Shown piece after piece: positions 1-7,936 of a stretch of 64,000 nucleotides of DNA. Source of the DNA: a virus; IMG/VR virus record IMGVR_UViG_3300045988_092366; one strand, given 5' to 3'. Below the pieces are notes generated by a model. It saw only the letters and a list, made by a program, of their open reading frames with translations, did not search any database and was not told the origin of the DNA. The position numbers were made by a program, and so were the translations under genes. Within the stretch, counting starts at the first letter, position 1. Each line of letters opens with the position of its first letter.

Positions 1-1
1 T

Positions 2-559
2 CTGATTCCAATGCGGCTTGATATTGATGGTCTTTCTAATAAATCCGCGGCGCACCTATATGGCAGTAAAGACCCTATTGCATATCGCAAGGCTCCCTGT
101 ACTGCTGCGGCATGTCTAAAGATTATTCAAACACTCTATGATAATAATCTTGCAGGTCTTAATGTCGCCGTTGTTGGCAGGTCTATGCGAGTCGGGCGAC
201 CTCTCGCAGAGCTATTATTGCAACAAGATTGCACTGTAACACTTTATCACAGTAAAAGCAAATTTATTTCAACAAAAGGAATGAATAATTTTAGCGATAA
301 AGATGTATTTGTTTCTGCTATTGGACAACCAAAGTATTTTAATACTTCTAATCTTGATGCATTTCGTTTAAACATCATTGATGTTGGCATTAACTATGAT
401 GAACAAGGACATATTTGCGGCGATGTAGATTATGATAGTGTTAAAGATTTGGCTGATTATATCACACCAGTCCCCAATGGCGTAGGCGCTGTTACGAATA
501 CTGTGCTGTTTGCTAAGCTATATGCAAATAAACTTGATTTTGCTGGGATTGATGTTTAA
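2..559 (+). CDS. folD: Bifunctional methylene-tetrahydrofolate dehydrogenase/cyclohydrolase (FolD-like), 5' end cut by the window edge
   Basis: Frame is open from nt 2. FolD hallmarks are present: D-I-D-G...PCT motif, VVGRS.xVG.P...LL NAD(P)-binding loop, IDVGIN, GDVD, TPVPxGVGxxT. Its stop overlaps the next start (TAATG). Confidence 0.6.
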   Translation: MIPMRLDIDGLSNKSAAHLYGSKDPIAYRKAPCTAAACLKIIQTLYDNNLAGLNVAVVGRSMRVGRPLAELLLQQDCTVTLYHSKSKFISTKGMNNFSDKDVFVSAIGQPKYFNTSNLDAFRLNIIDVGINYDEQGHICGDVDYDSVKDLADYITPVPNGVGAVTNTVLFAKLYANKLDFAGIDV

Positions 560-1053
560 TGCGTCTCTTAGCATTAGACCAAAGTTTGAATACAACAGGC
601 GTTGCGGTTTTTGATAATGATAAAATCTTAAATTGTGGAGCTTTCACCATTCATTCTAACCAAGAGCTAGGAAAGCGTCTGACTGAATTTCTTTATGAAT
701 TAGATGATTTATACGAGACTTATCATTTTGATGCTATCGTATATGAAGATATTCAATTGCAAATGGGCAATGTCGAGACATACAAGAAATTAGCATATGT
801 GCAGGCAATGATTTTATTCTGGTGTGAGAAGCATGAAAAGAATCTATATTGTCTTTCTCCATCGCACTGGCGTAAGATTTTGAAAGATAAATATGGTATG
901 TCATGGGGTAGAAAGAGAGCGGAGCAAAAACAAACCGCCATTGACTTTATCCAAGAGCACTATAAAAAAGAAGTAGATAGCGATACCGCAGATGCTATTT
1001 GTATCGGGTGTGCAGCCAATATTGAAATTAATAAAACTGAATCGGCTTTCTAA
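559..1053 (+). CDS. RuvC-like Holliday-junction resolvase (phage type)
   Basis: N-terminal 'LALDQSLNTTGVAVFD' resembles the RuvC/YqgF 'GIDPG..TG' motif, and C-terminal 'DTADAICIG' resembles RuvC 'DAADAlaia'. About 164 aa, as in lactococcal-phage RuvC-like resolvases. Confidence 0.5.
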   Translation: MRLLALDQSLNTTGVAVFDNDKILNCGAFTIHSNQELGKRLTEFLYELDDLYETYHFDAIVYEDIQLQMGNVETYKKLAYVQAMILFWCEKHEKNLYCLSPSHWRKILKDKYGMSWGRKRAEQKQTAIDFIQEHYKKEVDSDTADAICIGCAANIEINKTESAF

Positions 1054-1059
1054 AGCCAT

Positions 1060-1105
1060 AAAAAAAGAGGGGTATTCTCAATTAAGAGAATACCCCTTAT
1101 TTTAT
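1060..1105. terminator. Bidirectional rho-independent terminator between the convergent transcription units
   Basis: Perfect hairpin aggggtattctc-aatta-gagaatacccct flanked by an A-run on one side and a T-run on the other. Confidence 0.7.
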
Positions 1106-1109
1106 TTAA

Positions 1110-2156
1110 TTAAAATGGATTAGCATCAGAAATGCAGACTTGTAGACGGTCAAGAGCTTCACCATACATACCAGCGAAATCATCGCCACCATATGTAGAA
1201 CCGTCATCGCATACAGAGTTTAGCCAACCTTCACGGTCAACAGTCTGAGAACGATAGTATACTTGCTTGTAGCTTTCACCCTTTGGAGTAATATAGAACA
1301 TACGAACACCGTCAATCGCATGACCACCGATACCAGCACAGCCATTAACAAGGTCATTCTGATTACCTTGTGATACGTAGCCTAGCCAGCCGTCCTGCTG
1401 AGTGTGAACCTGATACTTAAGAGTACCGTGGTCAACCCAAGCACATAGATAATCATGCTTGCCGCAAGGAACGCCAGCAAAACCGTTGGAATCAGAATTA
1501 TTGAAGTTAGTAATTGTACCATTCCAACCACCATTAAGATTGCGCAAAGCATAATGAACATTAACGATAGCCTTGCCGGGGGCTGGCTTATTAGTAGGAG
1601 CAGGCGCAGGAGTAGGCTTATTTGTAGAAGGAGCAGGAGCAGCTTGTGAACCATTCTTCATCGCATCATACCATTGCTGCGCACGGTTAATATACTCGTC
1701 TTTCTGAGAACCATATAGTTCACCAGGGCACGCCGTAGCAGACCAGTAGCGATGCGGGAAGACATTGACTAGCCACTGAGGACGGCCAAGATTATAATAG
1801 AGACAAAGAGCAGCTACAAGATGCGCACCAGACTCTAGAGCAGCAGGGAAGACGGTCCAAGGATTGCTGTTGTTGTTAGCGTGCTCAATAGAGATAGTAT
1901 GCGTATTAGCATACCAATTGCCGCAAGCCCAAGCAGTATCCCAATCATTGACCATCTGGCCGATTTTGCCATCAGACTGAACCGCATAGTGAGCAGAAGT
2001 CTGTGAACGGCTCCACAGATTATAGCATTGGTCGATAGAAAGATTACCAGCCATATGGTGAATGGTAATACCAGTAATATTAGCACCTTCACGACCTGCG
2101 GTATAGTCGCAAGGCAGAATCTTGGTTACATCAGCTTGAATGTTTTTCCAATCCAT
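1110..2156 (-). CDS. Endolysin: N-acetylmuramoyl-L-alanine amidase (amidase_2/PGRP-type) with a Pro/Thr-rich linker and a C-terminal cell-wall-binding region
   Basis: 'GITIHHMAGN' amidase_2 signature near the N-terminus. APAPSTNKPTPAPAPTNKPAP linker. Last gene of the minus-strand late operon, next to the holin. Confidence 0.7.
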   Translation of the reverse strand: MDWKNIQADVTKILPCDYTAGREGANITGITIHHMAGNLSIDQCYNLWSRSQTSAHYAVQSDGKIGQMVNDWDTAWACGNWYANTHTISIEHANNNSNPWTVFPAALESGAHLVAALCLYYNLGRPQWLVNVFPHRYWSATACPGELYGSQKDEYINRAQQWYDAMKNGSQAAPAPSTNKPTPAPAPTNKPAPGKAIVNVHYALRNLNGGWNGTITNFNNSDSNGFAGVPCGKHDYLCAWVDHGTLKYQVHTQQDGWLGYVSQGNQNDLVNGCAGIGGHAIDGVRMFYITPKGESYKQVYYRSQTVDREGWLNSVCDDGSTYGGDDFAGMYGEALDRLQVCISDANPF

Positions 2157-2174
2157 AATTTTCCTTTCTGTTGG

Positions 2175-2203
2175 AAATAAAAAAGGGAGCCGTTAGGCTC
2201 CCT
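2175..2203 (-). terminator. Putative attenuating terminator between holin and endolysin
   Basis: Hairpin gggagcc-gtta-ggctccc followed on the minus strand by a T-run, then RBS gaaagga + ATG of the endolysin. Confidence 0.4.
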
Positions 2204-2212
2204 TGTGTAACA

Positions 2213-2503
2213 TTATTTAGATTCTTTATCGGAACCGTTGAGAAGATTTTTATAGGCTTCAAAAAGACCTGTACTTGCCAAACCACTACTTAATCCTGCA
2301 ACTACAACATCAACAGTAATTGGAACACCTGTTGTGACCGCAGTAAAGATTGTGGCGGCAACGCCAAGCACACCTACGATAAGAGGAATAAAACGGTTAA
2401 TAGAATCATTTGGAATCAAGTTCTTAATAATGTAGCCGACCAAAAGACATAGAATAACTACACTAGGAACGAGATAGGTAGAGATAGTTGATAAATCAAA
2501 CAT
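2213..2503 (-). CDS. Holin (phiLC3/LL-H-like, 96 aa, 2-3 TM segments)
   Basis: Two or three hydrophobic helices with a charged C-terminus (DKESK). RBS AGGAGA 6 nt upstream. Immediately upstream of the endolysin. Confidence 0.6.
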   Translation of the reverse strand: MFDLSTISTYLVPSVVILCLLVGYIIKNLIPNDSINRFIPLIVGVLGVAATIFTAVTTGVPITVDVVVAGLSSGLASTGLFEAYKNLLNGSDKESK

Positions 2504-2514
2504 TGTTAAATCTC

Positions 2515-2691
2515 CTATTCAGATTTATAATTCTTGAATTCCTCAAGAATTTCATCAGCTTGAGCCTGAGATAGCTTAGGATAACTATTTAGAATATCAT
2601 CAAGAGTTTCGCCACGGTCTAGACGAATCTTAACGGCTTTCTTAACGATTTTAAAAGCGAGTGCGGAAACACCTTTAGTGGGACGTGCCAT
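2515..2691 (-). CDS. XkdX-like small phage protein (58 aa), missed by the 60-aa ORF cutoff
   Basis: Hand-translated MARPTKGVSALAFKIVKKAVKIRLDRGETLDDILNSYPKLSQAQADEILEEFKNYKSE. Paralog of 2849..3010. TAATG coupling with the upstream gene. Confidence 0.35.
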   Translation of the reverse strand: MARPTKGVSALAFKIVKKAVKIRLDRGETLDDILNSYPKLSQAQADEILEEFKNYKSE

Positions 2692-2846
2692 TATTCATCA
2701 CTTCCTGATACAATCTCAGAAACAAGTTCGTTAAGGTCATCAATATCAGATTCCATCTGGATAAAACGATTAACGACAAATTTCTTAACAGTGCCGATAA
2801 TGGTAATTAGCAATGCACAAGCAATTACACCTAGAATAAAGTCCAT
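2691..2846 (-). CDS. Small membrane protein (51 aa), C-terminus ...SEIVSGSDE
   Basis: Hand-translated MDFILGVIACALLITIIGTVKKFVVNRFIQMESDIDDLNELVSEIVSGSDE. One TM helix. Its C-terminal motif is shared with the 3010..3531 protein. Confidence 0.3.
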   Translation of the reverse strand: MDFILGVIACALLITIIGTVKKFVVNRFIQMESDIDDLNELVSEIVSGSDE

Positions 2847-2848
2847 AA

Positions 2849-3010
2849 TTACTCACTTTCTTTTGGAGTATAGAATTCACGAAGTTCGACAGTCTGTTCC
2901 GCAGACAGTTTAGGATAGCTGGCGAGAATATCTTCCAGTTCTTCACCACGCTCAAGACGGATTTGTACTGCACTTTTAACGATTTTAAAGGCCATTTTAG
3001 ATACTGCCAT
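2849..3010 (-). CDS. XkdX-like small phage protein, second paralog (53 aa)
   Basis: Hand-translated MAVSKMAFKIVKSAVQIRLERGEELEDILASYPKLSAEQTVELREFYTPKESE. TAATG overlap with the 3010..3531 stop. Confidence 0.35.
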   Translation of the reverse strand: MAVSKMAFKIVKSAVQIRLERGEELEDILASYPKLSAEQTVELREFYTPKESE

Positions 3011-3531
3011 TATTCATCACTTCCTGCAACGATTTCAGACAACATAATAGTTAAATCACCGATAGATGTAGTATTAGATTCAAGCTGGTCAGGGCCATTT
3101 TCCATAAATGCAGCCTGCTTTGCCTGTTTCTCTTCCATTTCCTTACGTTCTTTAAGCTCGGCTTCGGTATATAGAACGTAACGTTGAATATCTTCATATT
3201 CATCATATGCGTCTTTGTGTTCTACATGCTCGTGGTCGATTACAGATTTAATGTCTGCACCGTGATAAACATTACCTTCACCTTTGTCTATGTATTCAAA
3301 GACGCCAGCTTGGTCATCAATAACCTTTACGTGCGGGTCTTCGTTGGTTTCGATAAGCATTTGCGAGCCATCTTCAAAGACAAAACGTTCAACTTCATAA
3401 TGTTTTTTCTCTGGAATTTCAAGTTGCTCATCGTGATGCATGACAAATTTCTTATCAGGCTTTAAATAGCCTTTCATTGTATCAACGTCAGATTCTTTAA
3501 TCTCAACGTCTTCTTCGTTTAAAATCTTCAT
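3010..3531 (-). CDS. Acidic hypothetical protein (173 aa), C-terminus ...LSEIVAGSDE
   Basis: ORF with RBS. Glu/Asp/His-rich. Shares the C-terminal SEIV(S/A)GSDE motif with the 2691..2846 mini-protein. Confidence 0.3.
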   Translation of the reverse strand: MKILNEEDVEIKESDVDTMKGYLKPDKKFVMHHDEQLEIPEKKHYEVERFVFEDGSQMLIETNEDPHVKVIDDQAGVFEYIDKGEGNVYHGADIKSVIDHEHVEHKDAYDEYEDIQRYVLYTEAELKERKEMEEKQAKQAAFMENGPDQLESNTTSIGDLTIMLSEIVAGSDE

Positions 3532-3557
3532 TTATACTCCTTTTATTTCTTAAAAAA

Positions 3558-4544
3558 TTAACCTTTATTGATATAAATGGCTTTAATTTTAGCCCCGGCA
3601 GGAATGTTTACATAGGCTATTGGTTGCGCATACGTAGAAATTGCAGCAGCTGATGACCAAGTAGAAGCTCTTGAATTATCTGCATTATAAGTCCTTGCCC
3701 TTACACGAGCATTACTATTATGTTTTAATCCCATAATAAAAGAATTAAGAGATGAATTAGAAGAGCTATGATTAACAACGGTTCCTTCATTTGCCTGTAC
3801 AGTAGACCAAGATAAACCTTTATCTGTAGAATATTGCCATTCGTTCTTTTTTGAAGGATAATTTGTATTATTGTTATCAATTGTAAAACCAACATTACCG
3901 GCTGTTGGCAGAATTGTAGCGTTTGCATTAACAATAGAGGGTGCAGGTGGCTCAGTATAAATAGTGTTTGTAGTTTGATGCGCTGACTGCCCAGCAGAGT
4001 TATATGAATTAATTCTAAATTGGTACCTATGATTAGCAGAGACAGTATATGTCGTGCTGGTAGCTTTTGTATTTAAAATATTTTTCCAGTCATCATTATC
4101 AATTTTCACGTCTACGTAATTACCTGTTGGATTGCTTGTACCAGAACCATTATTTGTCCAAGAGATAGTAACTGTTGAACCAGATAATACAGCTTTTTGA
4201 TTAGTTACTATAGGAGGGGTTGTGACAGATGGAGGTGTTGCAGGAACATATACATTTCCAGAACCTTCTGTAGCTCCAAAAGAACCAATAGCGCCACCGC
4301 CGCCCTTAAACCAAAGTGTCCTTGCAGACGTACTATTGCCAACAGAAAAACTAAAAGTTCTTGATATACTTTGACCATATGGAATGGCAACTCCTGAAAC
4401 AGACTGTCTAGAACATCCTTGTACTTCTGCCCAAAAAGTGACGCCGCCAGCGTCCCAAGTTATGCCATTGTTATTCATAGTTACTACTACCGTTACGGTA
4501 TTTTGATTAGCGCTAGCAGAAGCACTATAATAAGAATAGCCCAT
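3558..4544 (-). CDS. Fibre/receptor-binding-like protein with fibronectin-type-III-like repeat
   Basis: 'TVTISWTNNGSGTSNPTGNYVDVKI...YTVSANHRYQFRINSYNSAGQS' FN3-like pattern. Ser/Thr/Asn-rich. Confidence 0.4.
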   Translation of the reverse strand: MGYSYYSASASANQNTVTVVVTMNNNGITWDAGGVTFWAEVQGCSRQSVSGVAIPYGQSISRTFSFSVGNSTSARTLWFKGGGGAIGSFGATEGSGNVYVPATPPSVTTPPIVTNQKAVLSGSTVTISWTNNGSGTSNPTGNYVDVKIDNDDWKNILNTKATSTTYTVSANHRYQFRINSYNSAGQSAHQTTNTIYTEPPAPSIVNANATILPTAGNVGFTIDNNNTNYPSKKNEWQYSTDKGLSWSTVQANEGTVVNHSSSNSSLNSFIMGLKHNSNARVRARTYNADNSRASTWSSAAAISTYAQPIAYVNIPAGAKIKAIYINKG

Positions 4545-4635
4545 TCAATTCCTCCTTTCCTTTTAAATCGTATTTTACTAATTATACATAAAAAATGGGT
4601 AGAACTATTTACATAATTCTGCCCAAAAATTTAAG

Positions 4636-4929
4636 CTACTTGTACATATCAATTAATGTCTTGACATGTGCCGCACCGTCAATTAGTTTTTTGTTTTGCC
4701 AATCAAATAGATTCTGCACTATATCAGTTTGTTCTCCAAGAGATTCATAAACCTTGAGTAAATGTGAATGTAATATCTGTATGTGAGAATACTCTTGCTT
4801 AGACAAATCATTATACATACTAGACAGTTGCGGCGAATCGTCTTTCAATGACAGCGCTAGCTCCGCATACTCCTTTGCACCGCATATTTCATCATCGACT
4901 TGGTCAAGTAGCGTTTTAAAAATTTCCAT
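4636..4929 (-). CDS. Small helical protein (97 aa), possibly a fibre assembly chaperone
   Basis: Start overlaps the stop of 4929..5336, suggesting translational coupling. Predicted all-alpha. Confidence 0.25.
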   Translation of the reverse strand: MEIFKTLLDQVDDEICGAKEYAELALSLKDDSPQLSSMYNDLSKQEYSHIQILHSHLLKVYESLGEQTDIVQNLFDWQNKKLIDGAAHVKTLIDMYK

Positions 4930-5336
4930 TACGCAATCTTTACCACAATAATGTTGGCAATACGGACACTCGTAGCACTTAACGCCTTAACGTTAATTGT
5001 TGCTTGCGGAGCATTGCAAGGAACCGTGACAAGTGCGGAAAACGCCTGAGACACAAGATTACTTGCTGCGGCACCTGTGTCGATAGCATGTGCCGCTGGA
5101 AGAGCGTTGCCGTTGCGATACATTTGTGTTTCTATTGGTCCTGCTTCTGTTGCGGCAAATGTGAAATTCGCCATAATCTGATAAAGACCGCTATTGTTAA
5201 TAGTGATGTTCTTACCATCGCACGAGACGCACTTATTGGATACTGTTGAGTTAGGTACTGGAATGGTGTCGCCAGCAGCTAGCGTAATTGCAGTAGCACT
5301 ATCATAAGTGAATCTGCCTACTGTTTTGATGCCCAT
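4929..5336 (-). CDS. BclA-C-terminal-domain-like (C1q/TNF jelly-roll-like) tip protein
   Basis: Pattern 'SGLYQIMANFTFAA...NGNALP....ATINVKALSATSVRIANIIVVKIA' resembles Bacillus BclA CTD (GFYKITV.ANTA...IIIEKVA). Confidence 0.3.
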   Translation of the reverse strand: MGIKTVGRFTYDSATAITLAAGDTIPVPNSTVSNKCVSCDGKNITINNSGLYQIMANFTFAATEAGPIETQMYRNGNALPAAHAIDTGAAASNLVSQAFSALVTVPCNAPQATINVKALSATSVRIANIIVVKIA

Positions 5337-5361
5337 AATAAACTCCTAAAGATAGATAGGA

Positions 5362-5982
5362 TTAAAAAGTAGCTCCATTGCAGCCACAGCCACAAGGAGT
5401 AGCGAAGTTAGGCACTACGCCATAGCCATAAGGGGAAATACGAGGTACGCCGCAGAACATATTCTGGGTTTTAAGCTCGGAAACTTGAGCCTGTAGAGAC
5501 TCAATCTTATCCTGTGCAAGAGCATCTAGAATCTTTTGGGTCTGTGCGGTGGTGTTCTCGTTAATAGAAGCGGTGTTCATTGCAGCACTGTATTTAAGGT
5601 CTGCCGTGGCCTGCTTATTTTCGCAGCAACAATTCGCTAGCTGGCTAGAAAGCGCATAGTTACCATCTTTGATAGCATCCTGAGTAGATGCAAAGTTGCG
5701 TAGATTCTCATAGCCAACAGATGCTAGACCTTGTGAAGTCTGCATGAACTGTGTCTGCATTAGGTCAGACAGACGGCCAACGCTATTTTCAAGGTTATTA
5801 AAATTCATAGCGCTGCAAAGACCTGCTTCGGTAACAGGCTGTTCAGTTGTGGTGTTACGATTCCAGCCATTACCATACATAAATAGGAAAAGGACAATAA
5901 TCCAAATCCAGCCACCGGCACCGCCCCAATTGTCGTTGTCTTTAGTGACTGCCGCAATATCGGATAGAGACATATTTTCCAT
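5362..5982 (-). CDS. Membrane protein with Cys-rich tail (CCCENK...PCGCGCNG)
   Basis: N-terminal TM helix WIWIIVLFLFMYG, central coiled-coil-like region, C-terminal Cys cluster. Confidence 0.35.
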   Translation of the reverse strand: MENMSLSDIAAVTKDNDNWGGAGGWIWIIVLFLFMYGNGWNRNTTTEQPVTEAGLCSAMNFNNLENSVGRLSDLMQTQFMQTSQGLASVGYENLRNFASTQDAIKDGNYALSSQLANCCCENKQATADLKYSAAMNTASINENTTAQTQKILDALAQDKIESLQAQVSELKTQNMFCGVPRISPYGYGVVPNFATPCGCGCNGATF

Positions 5983-6044
5983 AATAATCTTCTTTCTATC
6001 GTGGTATATAGAAATATTTTATCCTGTGCGCACAAGGGGATAAA

Positions 6045-6281
6045 CTAATTGAAGAATTTGGCTATATTCATAGCCTGTTGTTTAAGTGTTTCAAATTGCT
6101 GTTGAGACATTTGCCCAGAAGAGATAAGAGATTGAACCTTCTCTTGGGCTTGTTGAGGTGTGATGTTACTACTTTTAATGAAGTCCAACAACTCGGTCAT
6201 TGGGTTGTTTTGCGGCGTTTGTGTTTGCTGCAATGTTTGAAATAATTGATTCATACTGCTCCTTCCATTTGTTGAATTCAT
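6045..6281 (-). CDS. Hypothetical Gln-rich small protein, overlapping 6175..6558 in another frame
   Basis: ORF only. Overlaps the neighbouring gene by about 107 nt. Confidence 0.2.
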   Translation of the reverse strand: MNSTNGRSSMNQLFQTLQQTQTPQNNPMTELLDFIKSSNITPQQAQEKVQSLISSGQMSQQQFETLKQQAMNIAKFFN

Positions 6282-6558
6282 CTTTTGTTATATAGTTATC
6301 CGCAGTTTGCGGCTCAACTTTTTTGAAGGAGTATTCTGAAATAGTAGATATACCATTCATATCAGTTTCTTTCAAATAAAAAATATCCTTATTTGAATCC
6401 ATAAGCAGCGCTTTTGTTCCGCGAGGAACGGCACAGCTTTCCGCTTCTTGACGATTAGACACAAATCTAACCCCTTGAATTTGGTTTGCTGGTGGGTACG
6501 CGCTATTCTGCATAGGCATATATGGCGCATATGGATTAAAATAAGGATATTCGTTCAT
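6175..6558 (-). CDS. Hypothetical protein with Pro/Tyr-rich N-terminus
   Basis: RBS AAGGAG 7 nt upstream of the ATG. Confidence 0.3.
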   Translation of the reverse strand: MNEYPYFNPYAPYMPMQNSAYPPANQIQGVRFVSNRQEAESCAVPRGTKALLMDSNKDIFYLKETDMNGISTISEYSFKKVEPQTADNYITKDEFNKWKEQYESIISNIAANTNAAKQPNDRVVGLH

Positions 6559-6600
6559 GGTGTTCTCCTTAGCGATATGCAGTGATACATATATATAAAA

Positions 6601-6666
6601 GAAGATATGGTAAGAGTTAATCTATTTTATTATATGGAATCTGATTTAACTTCATTACCATATCTT
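6601..6666. repeat. Perfect 13-bp inverted repeat GAAGATATGGTAA / TTACCATATCTTC, arms separated by 40 nt
   Basis: Read directly at 6601-6613 and 6654-6666, in the 186-nt spacer between the fibre gene and the next RBS. Confidence 0.6.
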
Positions 6667-6744
6667 CGTAGTGTCTTTAAGATTTTTCTCTCTATTGTAC
6701 CTAAAAATTAGAGGGTAAAAATTATAATACTTTGCCCAATAATT

Positions 6745-7857
6745 TTAAATTTTTATCCACAACTTACATCTTGAATCTGTTGGCTGAGTAGATGAAACTT
6801 GAACTGAATATTCAGTGTTTGCACTTCCAGCAGTAGTGGCATATTTAACTGATTGAGAACCAATATCAGCTGATGTAATACATTGACCGTAATATGAATC
6901 GTCTGAGTTGTATAGAGAAACATTGGGAGTGCCGTTTAAACCTTTAATGCAAAAGGCACCACCCTTATTATGGTCGCCAATAGCTGCATCATCGCCAACG
7001 ACATACCAAGTATTGTTTGCGAAATACGGTTCTAGCTTAGAAGGAAAATCACTGATTTGAGCTCTAGTATGCGTGTGACTGGCTGCGGCTGCACCAAGTT
7101 CAGATAAGGTAGGTTTATCGTCACTTGTATAAACTTTATACCAGCTATTCCAAGAAGAAGCAGATAAGTCTGAACCACGTAAAGCCAAACGTGGATGTCC
7201 TTCGCTTGCGTATCCAAAAGCAAGTTGATAACCATGACCGCCAGAAGTTTCACTCCAAGGAGCTAAAGATAAAACGCCACAAAAAGTTCCATTACATCCA
7301 ATAGGAGAATTAATTTTACTTGCAGTCTTAAAATCAACAGTCAATTTATTTTTATCGAATCCAGCGTCTTTTGGCGCAGGATTCTCATTTCTTGTATCTG
7401 CAACATCAACACCGTCAGTAGAACTAGATTTTGTAGCAGTATTTGCCACGTTAGCGCTGTTAGCGGTATTAGCTGTTTTAGCTGAATTAGCAGTATTGGC
7501 TGTGTTTGCGGAATCAGCTGTTGTAGCAGTATTAGCTGTATTTGCACTTCCTGCTGAATCAGCATATCCCGCAGACATTTTTTCCCACGTGCTAGAACCT
7601 AACGCTCTTTTATATAAATAAGAGACTGCTCCATCTGGAATAGCAATTTGAAATGGAGTGCCAATATCTGCATCGGTGAACACACTTGCCCATCGATTAA
7701 CGGGAGAAGACGCATTGCCACCAGTTGACGGCACTCCCCTAACAACATAATAACCAGTTTTGGTATGATTATCTAGATTCGTATCAGTTGTTACTGTTTC
7801 TGTCAACAGCGGTATTTTAGAAAATTCACTACCATCAGAAAGATAAAGTTCAGCCAT
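6745..7857 (-). CDS. Tail fibre paralog (370 aa): N-terminus MAELYLSDGSEFSKIP, C-terminus ...QPTDSRCKLWIKI, internal (S/T)ANTAN tandem repeats
   Basis: Conserved end modules shared with 20594..21145 and 21231..21746. SHTHT His motif. Confidence 0.5.
   Translation of the reverse strand: MAELYLSDGSEFSKIPLLTETVTTDTNLDNHTKTGYYVVRGVPSTGGNASSPVNRWASVFTDADIGTPFQIAIPDGAVSYLYKRALGSSTWEKMSAGYADSAGSANTANTATTADSANTANTANSAKTANTANSANVANTATKSSSTDGVDVADTRNENPAPKDAGFDKNKLTVDFKTASKINSPIGCNGTFCGVLSLAPWSETSGGHGYQLAFGYASEGHPRLALRGSDLSASSWNSWYKVYTSDDKPTLSELGAAAASHTHTRAQISDFPSKLEPYFANNTWYVVGDDAAIGDHNKGGAFCIKGLNGTPNVSLYNSDDSYYGQCITSADIGSQSVKYATTAGSANTEYSVQVSSTQPTDSRCKLWIKI
7435..7560 (-). repeat. Coding tandem repeat (gtattagcNgt)n giving ANTANTATTADSANTANTANSAKTANTANSANVANTA
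   Basis: Near-identical 9-18 nt units read directly. Confidence 0.5.
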
Positions 7858-7892
7858 TTAAATCAATCAAACTAGTTGACGTGGGCTTAAAG

Positions 7893-7901
7893 CCCCCCCC
7901 A
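7893..7901 (-). repeat. G9 homopolymer tract (C9 on plus), 36 nt upstream of the fibre gene start, inside mini-ORF MQTYTSWGGALSPRQLV
   Basis: Counted in the sequence. Flanked by the small palindrome gggctt-a-aagccc. Confidence 0.9.
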
Positions 7902-7936
7902 AGAAGTGTAAGTTTGCATAAAAATTCCTTTCAATC

